Positions 17,101 to 30,062 of a DNA stretch of 64,000 bases are shown piece by piece. The notes beneath the pieces are model-generated. The model saw only the letters and a program-made list of their open reading frames with translations, had not been told where the DNA came from and ran no database searches. This DNA comes from Paraphysomonas bandaiensis (taxonomy: Eukaryota; Protista; Chrysophyceae). Every line of letters begins with the position of its first letter. The first letter of the stretch is position 1. Location: the NCBI GenBank assembly GCA_965644295.1, contig CBFFRP010000184.1, forward strand, positions 74,060-138,059. The letters are read 5' to 3'. The position numbers and the translations under genes were made by a program.

Positions 17101-18474
17101 GTGGCTCAAAAGGGAGCTATTTTAAATTATGCAATATCTGAACACGTAGAAAATGCCGGTGTGCATAGTGGTGATGCAACACTTGTGCTTCCAGCACAGA
17201 AGCTTTATGTTCAGACAGTTCGAAAAGTGAAGTCAATAGCATCGCAGATTGCGCGAGCACTTAATATCTCGGGTATGTGTTAAATTGCCAAGAGTGGCAG
17301 ATGATTTTGTAAAGATTGTGAATAGGACCATTTAATATCCAGTTGCTTGCCAAAGATAATTACGTCAAGGTTATCGAGTGTAATTTGAGGTCTGCAAGCT
17401 ACAGTTTCTTATCACAAGTAACTATTATCGACAGAGCATCTCGCACCTTCCCATTCATATCGAAAACACTGGATGCTAATTTTATTACCCTCGCGACAAA
17501 GGTTATGATGGGATATGAATGTCGACCGTACAATATATCTCTGATCGGTATGTATGACACTTACTTATAGCAAGTCTCATGGGTGCGTAGACTACGACTA
17601 TGTTGCTGTGAAAGCGCCCATGTTTTCTTTTACTCGGCTCAGAGGAGCCGATCCAACCCTTGGGGTGGAGATGAGCTCCACCGGCGAGGTTGCATGCTTT
17701 GGTCATGATGTGCAAGAGGCATTCTTGCAGGTACTCAAATATTTCCTTCAATATTATCTATATCATATACCCACTGCTGTTACAAGGACGGTTCCATTGT
17801 TTATTATGCTCTTGCACTACGTCTATCATTGATGTTATTTTGCAGTCTCTACTTGCAACAACTTTTAAGCTCCCTCAAGTACATCCTAACAAGCATATCC
17901 TCATCTCCATTGCAGAGGATCGTATGCGCGAGAGCTTTGTGCCAGCAATGGAAATGTTCCGTGATATGGGATACAACCTATCAGGTCTGTGATGAATGTA
18001 TATTTGCTCATATGAAATATGGTAATGCGGTTGGATGGCATTCCAGGAACCCCGGGCACGGCTGAGTTTTATATGACGAGGGGGTTCAAAATAACTTCCC
18101 TTGATAAGCCTCCTTTTGAGACGCCGAAAAGCGTGTCCACGTGGATTAGGAATGGTTATGTAGATTTGGTAATTAACATCCCTGAGGGAACGACAAGACG
18201 AGAAGAAGTTACATCCGGGTATCTTATGAGGCGACTGGCGGTTGATTTTGGGTGTTCGTTGATAACCAACCTCCGGTAAACCTGTGCTCATGATGGCATG
18301 TTGTTGATGTTGTTTTCTTATTCTTAGATTATGGCACTCTGCTCCTTGCTCATATTGCTATACAGGTGCGCGGAGCTTTTCGCAGATGCTCTGCATCGTG
18401 CAAAGCCCCTTCCATGCATCAGCGTGGAGGAATTCATCGGTACTGCTCCCCACGCGTCTTCTGGCTTCGTTTAA
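11134..18474 (+). CDS. Glutamine-dependent carbamoyl-phosphate synthetase, fused GATase + synthetase + MGS domains, no DHOase/ATCase; ~45 introns
   Basis: Spliced motifs [38 protein letters not shown] (catalytic Cys), [79 protein letters not shown] and [15 protein letters not shown]. Stop TAA at 18472-18474. Confidence 0.95.
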
Positions 18475-19099
18475 CTGAATGGAACGTAATGTCACCCTAC
18501 CTATGAATATTTATCCCCTAGCCCGGTATATACAATGTCATGGGCATGTAGCTAGTTGAAGTCAGTTTGATACTACAATTTATTACTACTACAAGAAGAG
18601 TAGTTACCACTAAGTTTTATGCGCAGATATAATTTATTTAAGTAGGGTCTGTTCTTGATTTAAAATGTAATCACACTTTATGTACCTGTGATGGGGAGTT
18701 AAACTTGTGGTAAACTTGCTTCGTGTTAGACTATAGATACTCTGCGCCTGCTCCATACTACAGCGTCTTTTCTCGTTTTAATAGCAAGATGCTCACAAAA
18801 TCAGCATAAGCTAGCCGAAAATACTAGCTTGTCAAGGCTACGTAACACCTGCAAGTATCATGCTTATACATAGACCACAACAATTGCGACCAAAACTTGG
18901 GAACATACATATATTACTAACGTTACCCACGATTATCCACTGAAGCATTGCAGTTTTCGTACAACGCGTTGAACAATTGCCACGTTATACATCTAGATAC
19001 AAGCATCCTGTTCATTCGTTGAATACGGCACATTCGAATCTTTCGGTTGAAATATTACAAAGACGTCATCTAACTATTCTCTGCTCACTATAAATCCAC

Positions 19100-19913
19100 T
19101 CATGGGTCTAATATAGCTGCCCTGTCGCCTTTGAGTGAGTTTTCGAACTCCATCAGGTTCTTCGTTTGTGGGGACGAATCACTTATGATTGTCGGTCGTA
19201 TTTTGCGAATAAAACTTAAGGCATTTAGTGCAGACATACCCTTGTACTTAATGTAGTACGCAGCCACCACTGATGTACTCCGCCCCTTTCCGGACTTACA
19301 ATGACAGTATATAACTCTCTTATCGTCCAATTGTCTCTTGATCCAATCCGCCCCTTCATGCAGGACTTTATGCGATGGCGGAAAAAAATCATACGCATAT
19401 AGCTGCTTATGTATTACGTCTTCTTTCTAATAAAAAAGAAACAAATCAGATCGGGTGGAAGTGGCGGTACATTGCGTAGTATACCTTCCATTGCGAGGGT
19501 TGCACCGGTTGGCCTGCTAATGTTCTACTTGATATTTCGTAACTCTCCATTACGGAAAGAACAGCATCAACCTTGTGATCTAAAGTCAAGTGTGATAAGT
19601 GATTCAAGGAGTTCATAGGTATGCCTCCAAGATACAGGCGGTTGTCGATCTTAGAGTACCACTGCCAGGTCCCTAACCCGTCCTCTATCACATGCATCAA
19701 TAGGAACACTTCAAAAGCTATTGACCTCCATGTCCATGCCGCAACAATCAGTGGAATGATGAGAGTTATATAGTAGCCCTCAATAACAGCAAACGACACC
19801 ACTAATACAGTGAGCAGAACCATCTGAGCGAACACACTCCCCGCTAATGTCCCCATCATATTAGACACTACTTCCTTTCTCAAACTTTTGCCCTTGGCTT
19901 TACCCCTAGCCAT
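19100..19913 (-). CDS. Dual-specificity phosphatase, PTPMT1-like, with N-terminal hydrophobic/transmembrane region; two exons
   Basis: WYSKIDNRLYLGGIP, then after one intron DFFPPS and the catalytic loop YCHCKSGKGRSTS, and IRKIRP. Confidence 0.85.
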
Positions 19914-20159
19914 TGCACACAACGCACAGAATACAACACTCCAAAATTAAATAACCCGTTAATTGAACACTCTACCAACCCGAAAAATATCAGACATACA
20001 TACATGGTATCGGCATCCTTGGTATATTTTTGTTCCAAGATGCCTCTCATATTGAGACAACAATTATCTGAATTCCAGCCGTAGTTATACTGCAGTTGTA
20101 TAGTGTATATTTGCTTCAATTTATTTCCGCAAAATATGATGCAGTCTACCGATACCTTC

Positions 20160-20900
20160 ATACCTACATACATACATACATACATACATACATACATACA
20201 TACATACATACGTACATACATACATACATACATACATACATACATACATACATACATACATACATACATACATACATACGTACATACATACATACATACA
20301 TACATACATACGTACATACATACATACATACATACATACATACATACATACATACATACATACATACATACATACATACATACATACATACATACATACA
20401 TACATACATACATACGTACATACATACATACATACATACATACATACATACATACATACATACATACATACATACATACATACATACATACATACATACA
20501 TACATACATACGTACATACATACATACATACATACATACATACATACATACATACATACATACATACATACATAAAGACATACAGAAATTCTTTGAGTGA
20601 TAGAAAGATAAATACATACATAAAGTCATACATACATACATACATACATACATACATACATACATACATACATACATACATACATACATACATACATACA
20701 TACATACATACATACATACATACATACATACATACATACATACGTACATACATACATACATACATACATACATACATACATACATACATACATACATACA
20801 TACATACATACATACATACATACATACGTACATACATACATACATACATACATACATACATACATACATACGTACATACATACATACATACATACATACA
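20160..20900. repeat. (TACA)n tetranucleotide array, ~740 bp, in two blocks separated by a ~54-bp unique spacer (20574-20627)
   Basis: Directly visible, with about eight interspersed TACG variant units. It produces the spurious MYVC/YIHT ORFs. Confidence 0.98.
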
Positions 20901-20973
20901 GAGTAAACGTATCCAAGCCTTCTCATCATTATTTATGGTTTTGTGTTGGGTTATAGCAGACTTTGAGTAGAGT

Positions 20974-21894
20974 ATGGCTCTATATTTCAGGGTGGCGGTA
21001 TTTCTGTTATTAGGGAGCGTGCATGTGCTTTCAAGTTCTGTTTCTGCGTCGTATGTTGGGGCGGTTGTGGAGCATACGGTTTATTTCGGAGACAAGAGCG
21101 ACAGCTCCGATTATTTACTGGAAGTAAACATTGAGCAATATGAGCAGCTTATCCATCTCTCGAAGAGTCAGAGCGCACAAGTGGTGGTGTTTCCTGAATT
21201 TGGATTAACTCCTGTGGAGGCCGAGCAGAGGTCGGATTTGTATCCTTATATTGAAGTTATTCCTGAAGTTAACCAATCCCACCCCATCAATCCATGTGAA
21301 GCACCGTCTGAATTTGAGGACGCTCCAATTCTATTGAGGATGTCGTGTGCAGCTAGAAGTAACGGTATTCTGGTGTTGGTAAACATGATTGACAAGCAAG
21401 AATGCTCTCCTGCAGTGGATTCTGATTGTCCGGGCGATGGTCATTATCAATATAACACCGACGTCGTATTCGATGAGTCTGGAAATATGATCGCTAAGTA
21501 TCACAAAAGTCATGAGTGGGTGTCACTTAAGGTGGCATATGACCAGCCCAAGACTCCTTCGGAAATATCTTTCCTATCATCTTTCGGTGTTGAGTTCGGT
21601 CTATTTATCTGCTTTGATATTATGTTTGAGGACCCCCCGAAGGTCCTTCGATCAAGAGGCGTGAAGCACTTTCTCTATGCGGTGATGCAAGGCGATATCG
21701 GGGAGAGATTACTTATTGAACCTTGGAGCAAAAATAATCAAGCAACGGTTCTGTCAGCCAATCTTGGAAGTGGAGAAAAGAAGGATTGCAGTGCCATAAT
21801 TGTCAACGGTACTGTTCTTGACTCTAAAAAGTATTACCTTGAGAGTGATTTGTTTCCCCATGACAATATTGTTGTTGCTACTATTCCCGTGTAA
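20974..21894 (+). CDS. Secreted vanin/biotinidase/pantetheinase-like amidohydrolase (nitrilase superfamily), intronless
   Basis: Signal peptide; VVFPE (Glu), YNTDVVFD, KYHKSH (Lys) and FGLFICFDIMF (Cys) give the complete E-K-C triad. Confidence 0.9.
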   Translation: MALYFRVAVFLLLGSVHVLSSSVSASYVGAVVEHTVYFGDKSDSSDYLLEVNIEQYEQLIHLSKSQSAQVVVFPEFGLTPVEAEQRSDLYPYIEVIPEVNQSHPINPCEAPSEFEDAPILLRMSCAARSNGILVLVNMIDKQECSPAVDSDCPGDGHYQYNTDVVFDESGNMIAKYHKSHEWVSLKVAYDQPKTPSEISFLSSFGVEFGLFICFDIMFEDPPKVLRSRGVKHFLYAVMQGDIGERLLIEPWSKNNQATVLSANLGSGEKKDCSAIIVNGTVLDSKKYYLESDLFPHDNIVVATIPV

Positions 21895-23121
21895 TTGGTG
21901 ATATACTATTTCCAATTAGGATATTGTTAAACTAATTTGTTTATTGACTAAATATATATTGGTGAAATATATTTAATAATAAAATGGAATTGTCGTTTGT
22001 ACTCTAGCTGAGGCAGTAGCGGAGATATGTAGCTAATGTGTACATGTAGTTGCAGTGAGTATAGAGTAGTACAGTGATGTAGAAGTTGTTCCTTCAACTA
22101 AACTATCAGTGGAAGAGAATAAGAAGCACTGTTTGCCCCAATGATATGAGATCATTTGGTACTATTGGTCAAAATATGGGCAGTAGTATAGTGTGTATAT
22201 CAGCGAGCGTTTCACTTATTTTTCAAGTCCTTTTACGACACTTTCCGGAGTACTCTCACTGTTGCCTGTTGGAATATGTATGGTTCTCTAAGATAGTACA
22301 TAGTACTGTAGAATACGTTAAATACAATGTGAAAAACAGTAATACGTAGTCAATAGTCAAAGATGCTATATAGCTATAACTATGAAACTGAAGTATTATA
22401 TCATGACGATTCAAGATACGGAAGTTGAGCAGTGGTTCACATGAACGAAATAATTTATCATGTTGTTGACATGTGTTACATGACAACACACACAATTGTG
22501 TATACAATTATTATAATCTATCTAGTTTGATTAACTTTAACTTCTCTTAAAGCGATATTTATTGTCTGAAAATGGTCAATAGTCAATACTGTCATCCGTC
22601 AAGGAAAGTTGTATATTTTGCTATTTTTGACTACTACTTTACAGTTTATACCAATCACTTCTGCATATATACTATATTTGCCAGTGATAATTTGAAAAAA
22701 CGTAAAGAAACTGCTTATTAGTGGTGAAAATGAATCGGTGCTGGTTTAGGCCGAGCTGTTCAAAATAAATATTGCATAAAAACAGCAAACAAACCTAGAC
22801 AATAACATCATTCTCATATTTCAGAAAACCATAAAGTGAAAAGCTATAGAGTGGACATGTTTATAAATAACTCACAGTGAAAAATTCATCGACCAGTTGT
22901 AGTTGGTTTCGGACCAGTTGTAATAATCCAGGATGTGATCTGTGAGGGCAATAATTTAAAGTGATTCATGTAATATATATATGACTGTATGCACAGTGCT
23001 ATCATCATGTGAGCACGCGCCAGGTAACGATCGGTGCATCTTTATACTACCGTTCAACCGGCGATGCGGGCACTACACATGGTGTTAACTTTGAATGTAT
23101 CTGCCGTTGTGGGCTCAGGTG

Positions 23122-24261
23122 TTAGTTTTCGAACTTATCAGTACTCATAGATCGTCTTACTCTTCTAGGATCAGGGGAAAATGACTTCGGAGACAACGAT
23201 GCAACTCGAAGGGCATATACAGGCAGCATACAGTCCAGTCGCCTCAAGGTTCTGTTGCTGGAAGTCTTCCTCACGTCTCGGGTTACGGTACTTGCAGACA
23301 TTTCTTCTCCCCGTACCCAAGGGTGATCTAGGATTCCCTGTATACTTAGCCGATATCTTGGATTCTTCTGTAGAAGTTTCTCAACCAAGTCCTTGGCTGA
23401 ATCCGATACACCATCCCATCCCACGCCACTCATGTCGAAATATGTGCGCTGGAAGCTATCTTGTGGGTGGAAGGCCGGCAACCCACTAAGCATGCTGTAC
23501 ACAATGCACCCGACTTGCCATAGATCCGATGACGGAGAATAATCGTAATGCTGTATAGATTCTGGGGCAATATACCCGGGAGTTCCTACGACACAAGTGT
23601 CTCGGTATACTCCGTCTGTGTATTCTGCCGGCACGCGAACCATTAGACCGAAGTCAATGATTTTCACAGGTGAATCAGTACTGTCTCGAGCAAGCATCAA
23701 ATTCTCTAGTTTCAAATCGCGGTGAATGAATCCCCGTTTGTGTAAACTATCTAGAGCTAATACGAAGCTCTTGAAAATTGTTGCCAGTTCTCGTTCGCTT
23801 AAGGTTTTATTGAGTACAACATCGATAAGCGCACCGCCTGTGAGGTGCTCCATCACAATTACCGGCAGCTCCTGGTCACATTGCTTTCCAGGTATTAGTC
23901 CTTCCGATGTGTCTTTAAAGACACCAAACATTTGCACCATTCCCTCAATACCCACAGCAGATGTCAAAAGACGAATCTCCTGAAGGATTGCTGACATACA
24001 AGGTGTGCTGTTTGTGTAACCGAAGAATTTGAGAGCTACAGGAGTACCATCCGATACTCTCTTGGCGGAGTATACCTTGCCCATTCCACCTTCCCCAATA
24101 TATGTGAGGTTAGTGTAGTCCGAGCAGTTGGTTTGGATTTCTACACTTTCTTCGCTGCTTTTCTTTGACATCAATCGCGGCCAGGCCTTCTTAGGGGACC
24201 GCATCGGTTTCATATTCTCTGTGATGGGCGGAGTCTCATAGAGGACGATAGACAGGGGCAT
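23122..24261 (-). CDS. Ser/Thr protein kinase, CAMK-like, intronless
   Basis: IGEGGMGKV, VALK, HRDLKLEN, DFG, GTPGYIAPE and W..VSDSAKDLV.KLL..NP..R. First in-frame ATG at 24261. Confidence 0.9.
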   Translation of the reverse strand: MPLSIVLYETPPITENMKPMRSPKKAWPRLMSKKSSEESVEIQTNCSDYTNLTYIGEGGMGKVYSAKRVSDGTPVALKFFGYTNSTPCMSAILQEIRLLTSAVGIEGMVQMFGVFKDTSEGLIPGKQCDQELPVIVMEHLTGGALIDVVLNKTLSERELATIFKSFVLALDSLHKRGFIHRDLKLENLMLARDSTDSPVKIIDFGLMVRVPAEYTDGVYRDTCVVGTPGYIAPESIQHYDYSPSSDLWQVGCIVYSMLSGLPAFHPQDSFQRTYFDMSGVGWDGVSDSAKDLVEKLLQKNPRYRLSIQGILDHPWVRGEEMSASTVTRDVRKTSSNRTLRRLDCMLPVYALRVASLSPKSFSPDPRRVRRSMSTDKFEN

Positions 24262-24884
24262 CGTTACTGTTAATACGGGTAACACTGACACTGATGATAA
24301 GATAAGATAGAGGAAGAGGAAGTATAGTGTTAACTACGTCCTAATGTGTGTTCCATGTGTACCCTGTTAGTATGTTATGTTATAGTAGTTCCACTCAATG
24401 TATGGACACACACACACTCCCTGCCTATAACATTATCACAACTAATTAGATGACGGAGATCATATTAATGATATGCCACATCAGTGTGAACCATGTGATG
24501 GCTCCAGTCCAATAGACCAACGACAAACAGTGTCACCTCTCGAACTCCATACCAATAACACACACAGCAGCACATACGCCGCACACATAACCAGTTTGCG
24601 TGTGTTCCGTATGTACCGGTATATGGTATATACGATCGTACCGTACAGCAGTAGTCCAAATGAGGGAATACCGCACATACAAATACACCACTATTGTCTT
24701 CGTGCATACGTAGGTATGATATACAGCAGTTGGAGCAGCATAGATGCGTAGTACAGGTGTACAGAGTATACATGTACAGATGTACAGATACAGCAGCTGT
24801 GTATGGATACGCATCATATTCTGCCTCCTCTCTGTGTATGGATACCAGCGCACTCACTCCCACTGCAGCCCCTGTATCTACACC

Positions 24885-26096
24885 ATGACATCCCGCTATG
24901 TCCTCCGAAGCAAGAATCAATCATCTGCTCTGGAGGATCTGACCCCTGTGGAGTCGTTGTTCTGTTATGTGTCACTGTGTGTGTGTGTATGCGGCTGTAT
25001 TCAAACATGTCTCATAGTCCTCACAGCGCTACTCATAATGACAATTAGAGGAAGCAAACTTGCTTTCATATCACTTCTACTGTATGCCGCTCTTGCTCTG
25101 CACCCGATACGATATGGCAAGCCCTGGAGTGCCTTTATTAACTCCTGGATATTTGACGTATGGAGGAAGTACTTCGCGTTCACTTGGGTTAACTATGCGA
25201 GACTAGAGAAGGGACAGAGGTATATGTTTTTTGAATTTTCTCACGCGATATTTCCAATGGTAATGTTGTGATAAAAGGAGTCACACGTCCAATAAGTCTT
25301 ATTTGTAGGGACAGTTTCTATCGGCTTCAGTTGTACGAGATGTGTTTCCTGACGACACTTTTTGCGGAATCGGTGCTGATATCGTGTTTTACTTCCCAAT
25401 TTATAGACATATAATGTCATGGCTTGGGACGTATCCTGCTACACGCAAGAATATTACGAGAATTTTGGATAGTGGGTGTTGCTGCACTGTTCTGCCTGGA
25501 GGTGCGATCTCGTGGTAATATCTAATCTGTGGGCTTATGTATTTTGTATTGATTCAGGTATAGCAGAGATGTATCTGTGTCGCTCAGATAAGGAAGGAAT
25601 ATACTTTAGAAAGAGGTAAGATTGTCGTCATTATGCAGTCAGTCGCCGCTACAACGGCATACCTTCGGGGCAATGTCTGTCGACTTCCTTGACCGATACA
25701 TTGATTGATATAACAGTAGTTTTGTAAAATTTCAGAAGGAATACAGTAAAAGCAGCTCTGCAAGAAGGTGCCCACGTTGTTCCTGCATTCTTTTATGGAA
25801 ACAGCCGCATATTCTCTCCCATGGGGACGGAGGGTGGGAATCAATCGATTCTCTCCTGGTTTAGTCGGAAAATGCGTGCGGCAATTGTGTTCTACACTGG
25901 TCGGAACTATCTCCCTGTTCCATTCCGACAGCCACTTAAAATGTGCATTGGTGCACCTATTCATGTTGACAGAGCGTACCCCAATCCCACAGAGGAACAA
26001 ATAGACGAACTACAGAAGAAAATAATTGATGCCGTCACGAAGCTTTACGAAGAAAATAGACCAGAATGGGAAACTAAGGAGTTGATGATTACGTAG
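24885..26096 (+). CDS. DGAT2/MGAT-family acyltransferase, four exons
   Basis: WRKYFAF, FEFSHAIFPMG, VLPGGIAEM, RKRRNTVKAALQEGAHVVPAFFYG, PVPFRQPL...IGAPIHV...NPT.EQID. Confidence 0.85.
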
Positions 26097-26946
26097 TGGG
26101 TGATGTGTTCATCCATTAGCACGTTGATTGTTATGTCATACATCTAATGGACCAGGGCCTGGTAACCGCAATTGACCATTAATGGTAATACCGTGTAATT
26201 GCCAGGACAATAAATGTTAAATGGACATATATTACAGCGATTCTTTGCTTATTGGTAAGCAATTAGAAGCTGTATTTTAAAGGTTTTGAGTTACAGCCGT
26301 TGCTCGAAGAATACGGTATTATATGAACATTGTTTATCGTAATTTTAATTAATGGAGAGTATAGAGTATGTTGTACTACAGTTTCAGTTACTTATAATGT
26401 CAAATTCTGTTACTTTAGACTCACATAATATGGCAGTGAAGTTCAAATTCACTGCGGTTCTATCTAGTTATAGAGTTATATACAGAGTGCAATATCTGAA
26501 GAAGATGGACACTGTCATGACAATAGCAAATAGATTAATGAATAATACATAATACAATTATGTTTAATTGGTTCGCGAACTTGCAGCGAAAACGTATGGA
26601 TTACTCAGGAAATATGCTTTCAAAATAGAAATATATTCTTAGCATACAATTGTTGTGCCCATCTGGCAACTAACCAGTTCAGTTAACAAAAGAGCTCAGT
26701 TCTTTTATTATGAATAGACCACGAACCACGAAGCCAGTAGTTGGATGCTATATTCTAAAATCATATTACACCGCAGCAAATACAAAATAATGGCACGAGG
26801 TATCACGATACCAACACCAAGTAATAGATAATTAGCAGTACTTGGAAAGGAACTTTGTGCAATATTTCGTATCAGAGTACATTATGTGGTCAGTGCGAGA
26901 AAATATATCAGTAGTTGCTATAATTTCCCCTATTAAGTACAAAACG

Positions 26947-29704
26947 TTAGCGATGTCGAGCTTCCAGTATACGTCTATTGCGCGCCACTTGACTCCTCCT
27001 GTACTCCTCGAACAAAGATTTCTCGTCAACAGATGCGATTTCATTGTTAGGGGCATCGTTGAAGCTCAGCACAGAGCTTGCTCGCATCTGATCTCCCACC
27101 TCCGTTAAGTCATCACAATCCATTGACTCCCAACGAGGAGATTTAGTACTGTAGGTGCAAATCATGCATACTTGTATAGTGGGAATATTAGCTTATCTCA
27201 CCTAAGAATTCCTTCGTCGTTTTGCCACGTGACCAGCCCACTACGGGTGAAGAGATAGAGGTTTATCAAAATAACAACACCGCATAGACCCCAGAAAACA
27301 ATCAGTCCATGTTTATAGTTAAGTAGCTTGTCAGTATACCTACATCGGACATTATCGCCAGTTCAAAGAGATTTATAGTGAAGTCATGTGAACGTTGTGT
27401 ACGATCTAACATACCCGCCATCCTCCTGGAAGTTCATACCGTACACACCAGCTAGAAATGTCATCGGCAAGAATACGGTGCCAATTAGTGCAAGGTTAGT
27501 CTATACACACGTTTCAAAGTAAAAAACTGACTAAAACAAGAGCTACCTGAGTGTATTCTGAGCGGATACTGGTTACGTGACTCATTGCTGCATGAAAAAG
27601 ATTTAAAACATGACCTATCAAAAGAGCATATCGTTGTACACACCATTTTCCACGGCAAGAACGTCGTGAAGCTGTCGCTCCAGACAAGTCGACTTAAATA
27701 CATAACTGTCCACCAGACACGATATAAAAACTAGGTGCTCCCAGTTTATGTGATTACTTGCAGAAAGTATTTCAAACTGGCCTGCGCAATGATGTAAACC
27801 AATATACAGCCCGCGTGTTATACTGTGCCATACTTGAAGTTTTGTTCATGATAGCCTGTAGATTCTGGTGAATCTCATCAACAAGCCTATCCATCATTTT
27901 GATAACTGCGAGTAAGCTAAACCACGCACGTAAAAACGATTATCTTTTAACTGAGAACTAATTACGCACATGCCGACTTTACGATGAAAGTGAAGCTTCT
28001 GCTTATAAGAGATACGGCGGTGAACCTGTGCTGATCATCACTAATATCTACAATACAAAATTAAGATAGTATGCCTGCTGCTTCAGATAAAATATGGTAC
28101 GACTGATGAACTCAATTAAACTGTCCGACTCCGTCAGAACTTCGGTACCTATATATAGAGGAAGGCACAGCATAGTACATCGTCAAAACACGAGACAATG
28201 CTGATGACACACTTACCGATTTCATACATCATATAAAACGCTCCGCGAGTACAAACCGTATCATAAACCTACGTAATATTCGTAGCTTTATAATTGCGAA
28301 GTTCGCTATATTACAGTGTGCACATCATACGAACCTCCTGTGTCATTCGCGAAATTAGATTTCGAATCGCAGAAGGCTTCTCTGCTTTGAAGTATACACC
28401 TACAATTGTAGAAGTAACACATAAACATAAACCAAAATAAATATTGTACCAGATTTATGTCCGGGACCAGAACGTGTATTGTGTCGATTAACTGATACAG
28501 TGGGACTACCTAGAGGGGAAAGTGGGCTAATTACGTCGCCATCGCGTGTCCTCGTTTGATTAACCGTCGGTACATCACCCAAGGTGTCGAGAGAGCTCCG
28601 CTCTACAGATGCTGTTTCCGTAGGAGGTGTTTGAAGATGAGGTGGTTCATATACCGATATTCCCACAGCAGAAAGACCGTTAGATGGACTAGTTGGACTC
28701 GTGGATTGGGAATCCTCGTCATCATCATCCGGCTCACATATTAACTCTCTTTCATAAGAAATAACAAACCTGTGTAGCATATTGGCGTAAGGAACCAGTC
28801 ATCAAGCAATAAAATAGCAAAACTGCACCGTTTTGTATTAAACGTGTAGATCTGCACCACATGATTAGCTAATACAAATTACGTATTATAGACGTGGTCA
28901 ATACCTTGTGCATCTCTGCATCATCCCCAGAAAGTACCATAGTACAGAAAGAAACCTACAAAATATAATTAGACAAACACCACAAATGCTGTAAACACGC
29001 ACAAATAACCCGTCATCAATGGCGCTGATCGCCGAGTGGCCTCTATAAATATTGAACGTTAAGTGACACTTGCAGCTTGCAAACATTTTAATTTTATATG
29101 ACCTTAAATCATAGAAATGAGACAATGGTATCGGGTGCACATCAAGTTTTTTCCCGATTGCAGCAAGCGCACGAAGATCTTTCACATTAAACCATGTAAT
29201 CCCTCTAATACATCAAACAAGGTCAACATGGTATTGTATATCAGGCACATACCGTTCCGGCAGTTGATAAGAATTTAAAGTACTTTCCAAATCGGCGTAA
29301 ATAATGGATCGAGGTTGTTGCACAGTACTGTCCCTACGAAACTCAAGAATCTCACATACAATTTCATGAGGAGGTAAATTCTCCAGAGCCTTTGTGTAGT
29401 CGAAATCACCAGTAGCACGAAACGTGTGATGATTGTTATGAAACTCAAGAGACCTGTGATACAAGTAATCCATAGACACCAGTCGCTTCTGATCGAGAAC
29501 AGTCCATGTTGAGTCAATATCAGCCCAGAAGAACCCCTCTTTGACACTGCGTCCGTCACTATCACTGGACCTCCTCTCCTGCTGCTGTTGCTGTTGTTGC
29601 TGTGTCTTGACACCTCTCTTCATCCCCTCAGGAGAAAGAAACGGCTCTTGCTTCGAGTTACTGGAGAAAAATATATTCTGCATATCGATTTCTTTGGTAG
29701 TCAT
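26947..29704 (-). CDS. CorA/Mrs2-family Mg2+ transporter with long N-terminal extension, multi-exon
   Basis: C-terminal TVFLPMTFLAGVYGMNF (GMN signature) and a second TM helix (GLIVFWGLCGVVI). Upstream WFNVKDL.AL..IGKKLDVHP segment. ATG at 29704. Confidence 0.85.
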
Positions 29705-30062
29705 TCAAAGGGCCCCATATCGGAGCACTTGTGGAGAGATGGACAATAGATTCATACACATATAGCTGAGTCATCGTGATACCACAACATACATGGTACA
29801 GCAGTACACAGCAGCAGTACAGCGTACAGCACATGCACAGGATATGTGCAGTATACCACGATGTTTACGGTTAGAAATCCAGTATTTTATATGCAGTTAA
29901 GCAAAAAGAGTGGATTTTATATTATGCATACATCGTATCGTTGTTCTGCTATGGCAAGCATGCCCGCCACGGCAGGCACATACAAGAGGAGCTTCTACAC
30001 TCTCATTCTAGCCACTCACACTGGCAAGGTATAGCCACTCAGACTGTGGCGAATAGACTTTG

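Noticed and set aside
11134-18474. Introner elements as the source of the many CPS introns
   Set aside because: No shared sequence, TIRs or duplicated junction signature among the introns was apparent by eye.
19880-20970. Long ORFs of MYVC/YIHT repeats on both strands
   Set aside because: Translation artefacts of the (TACA)n array, which has no stop codons.
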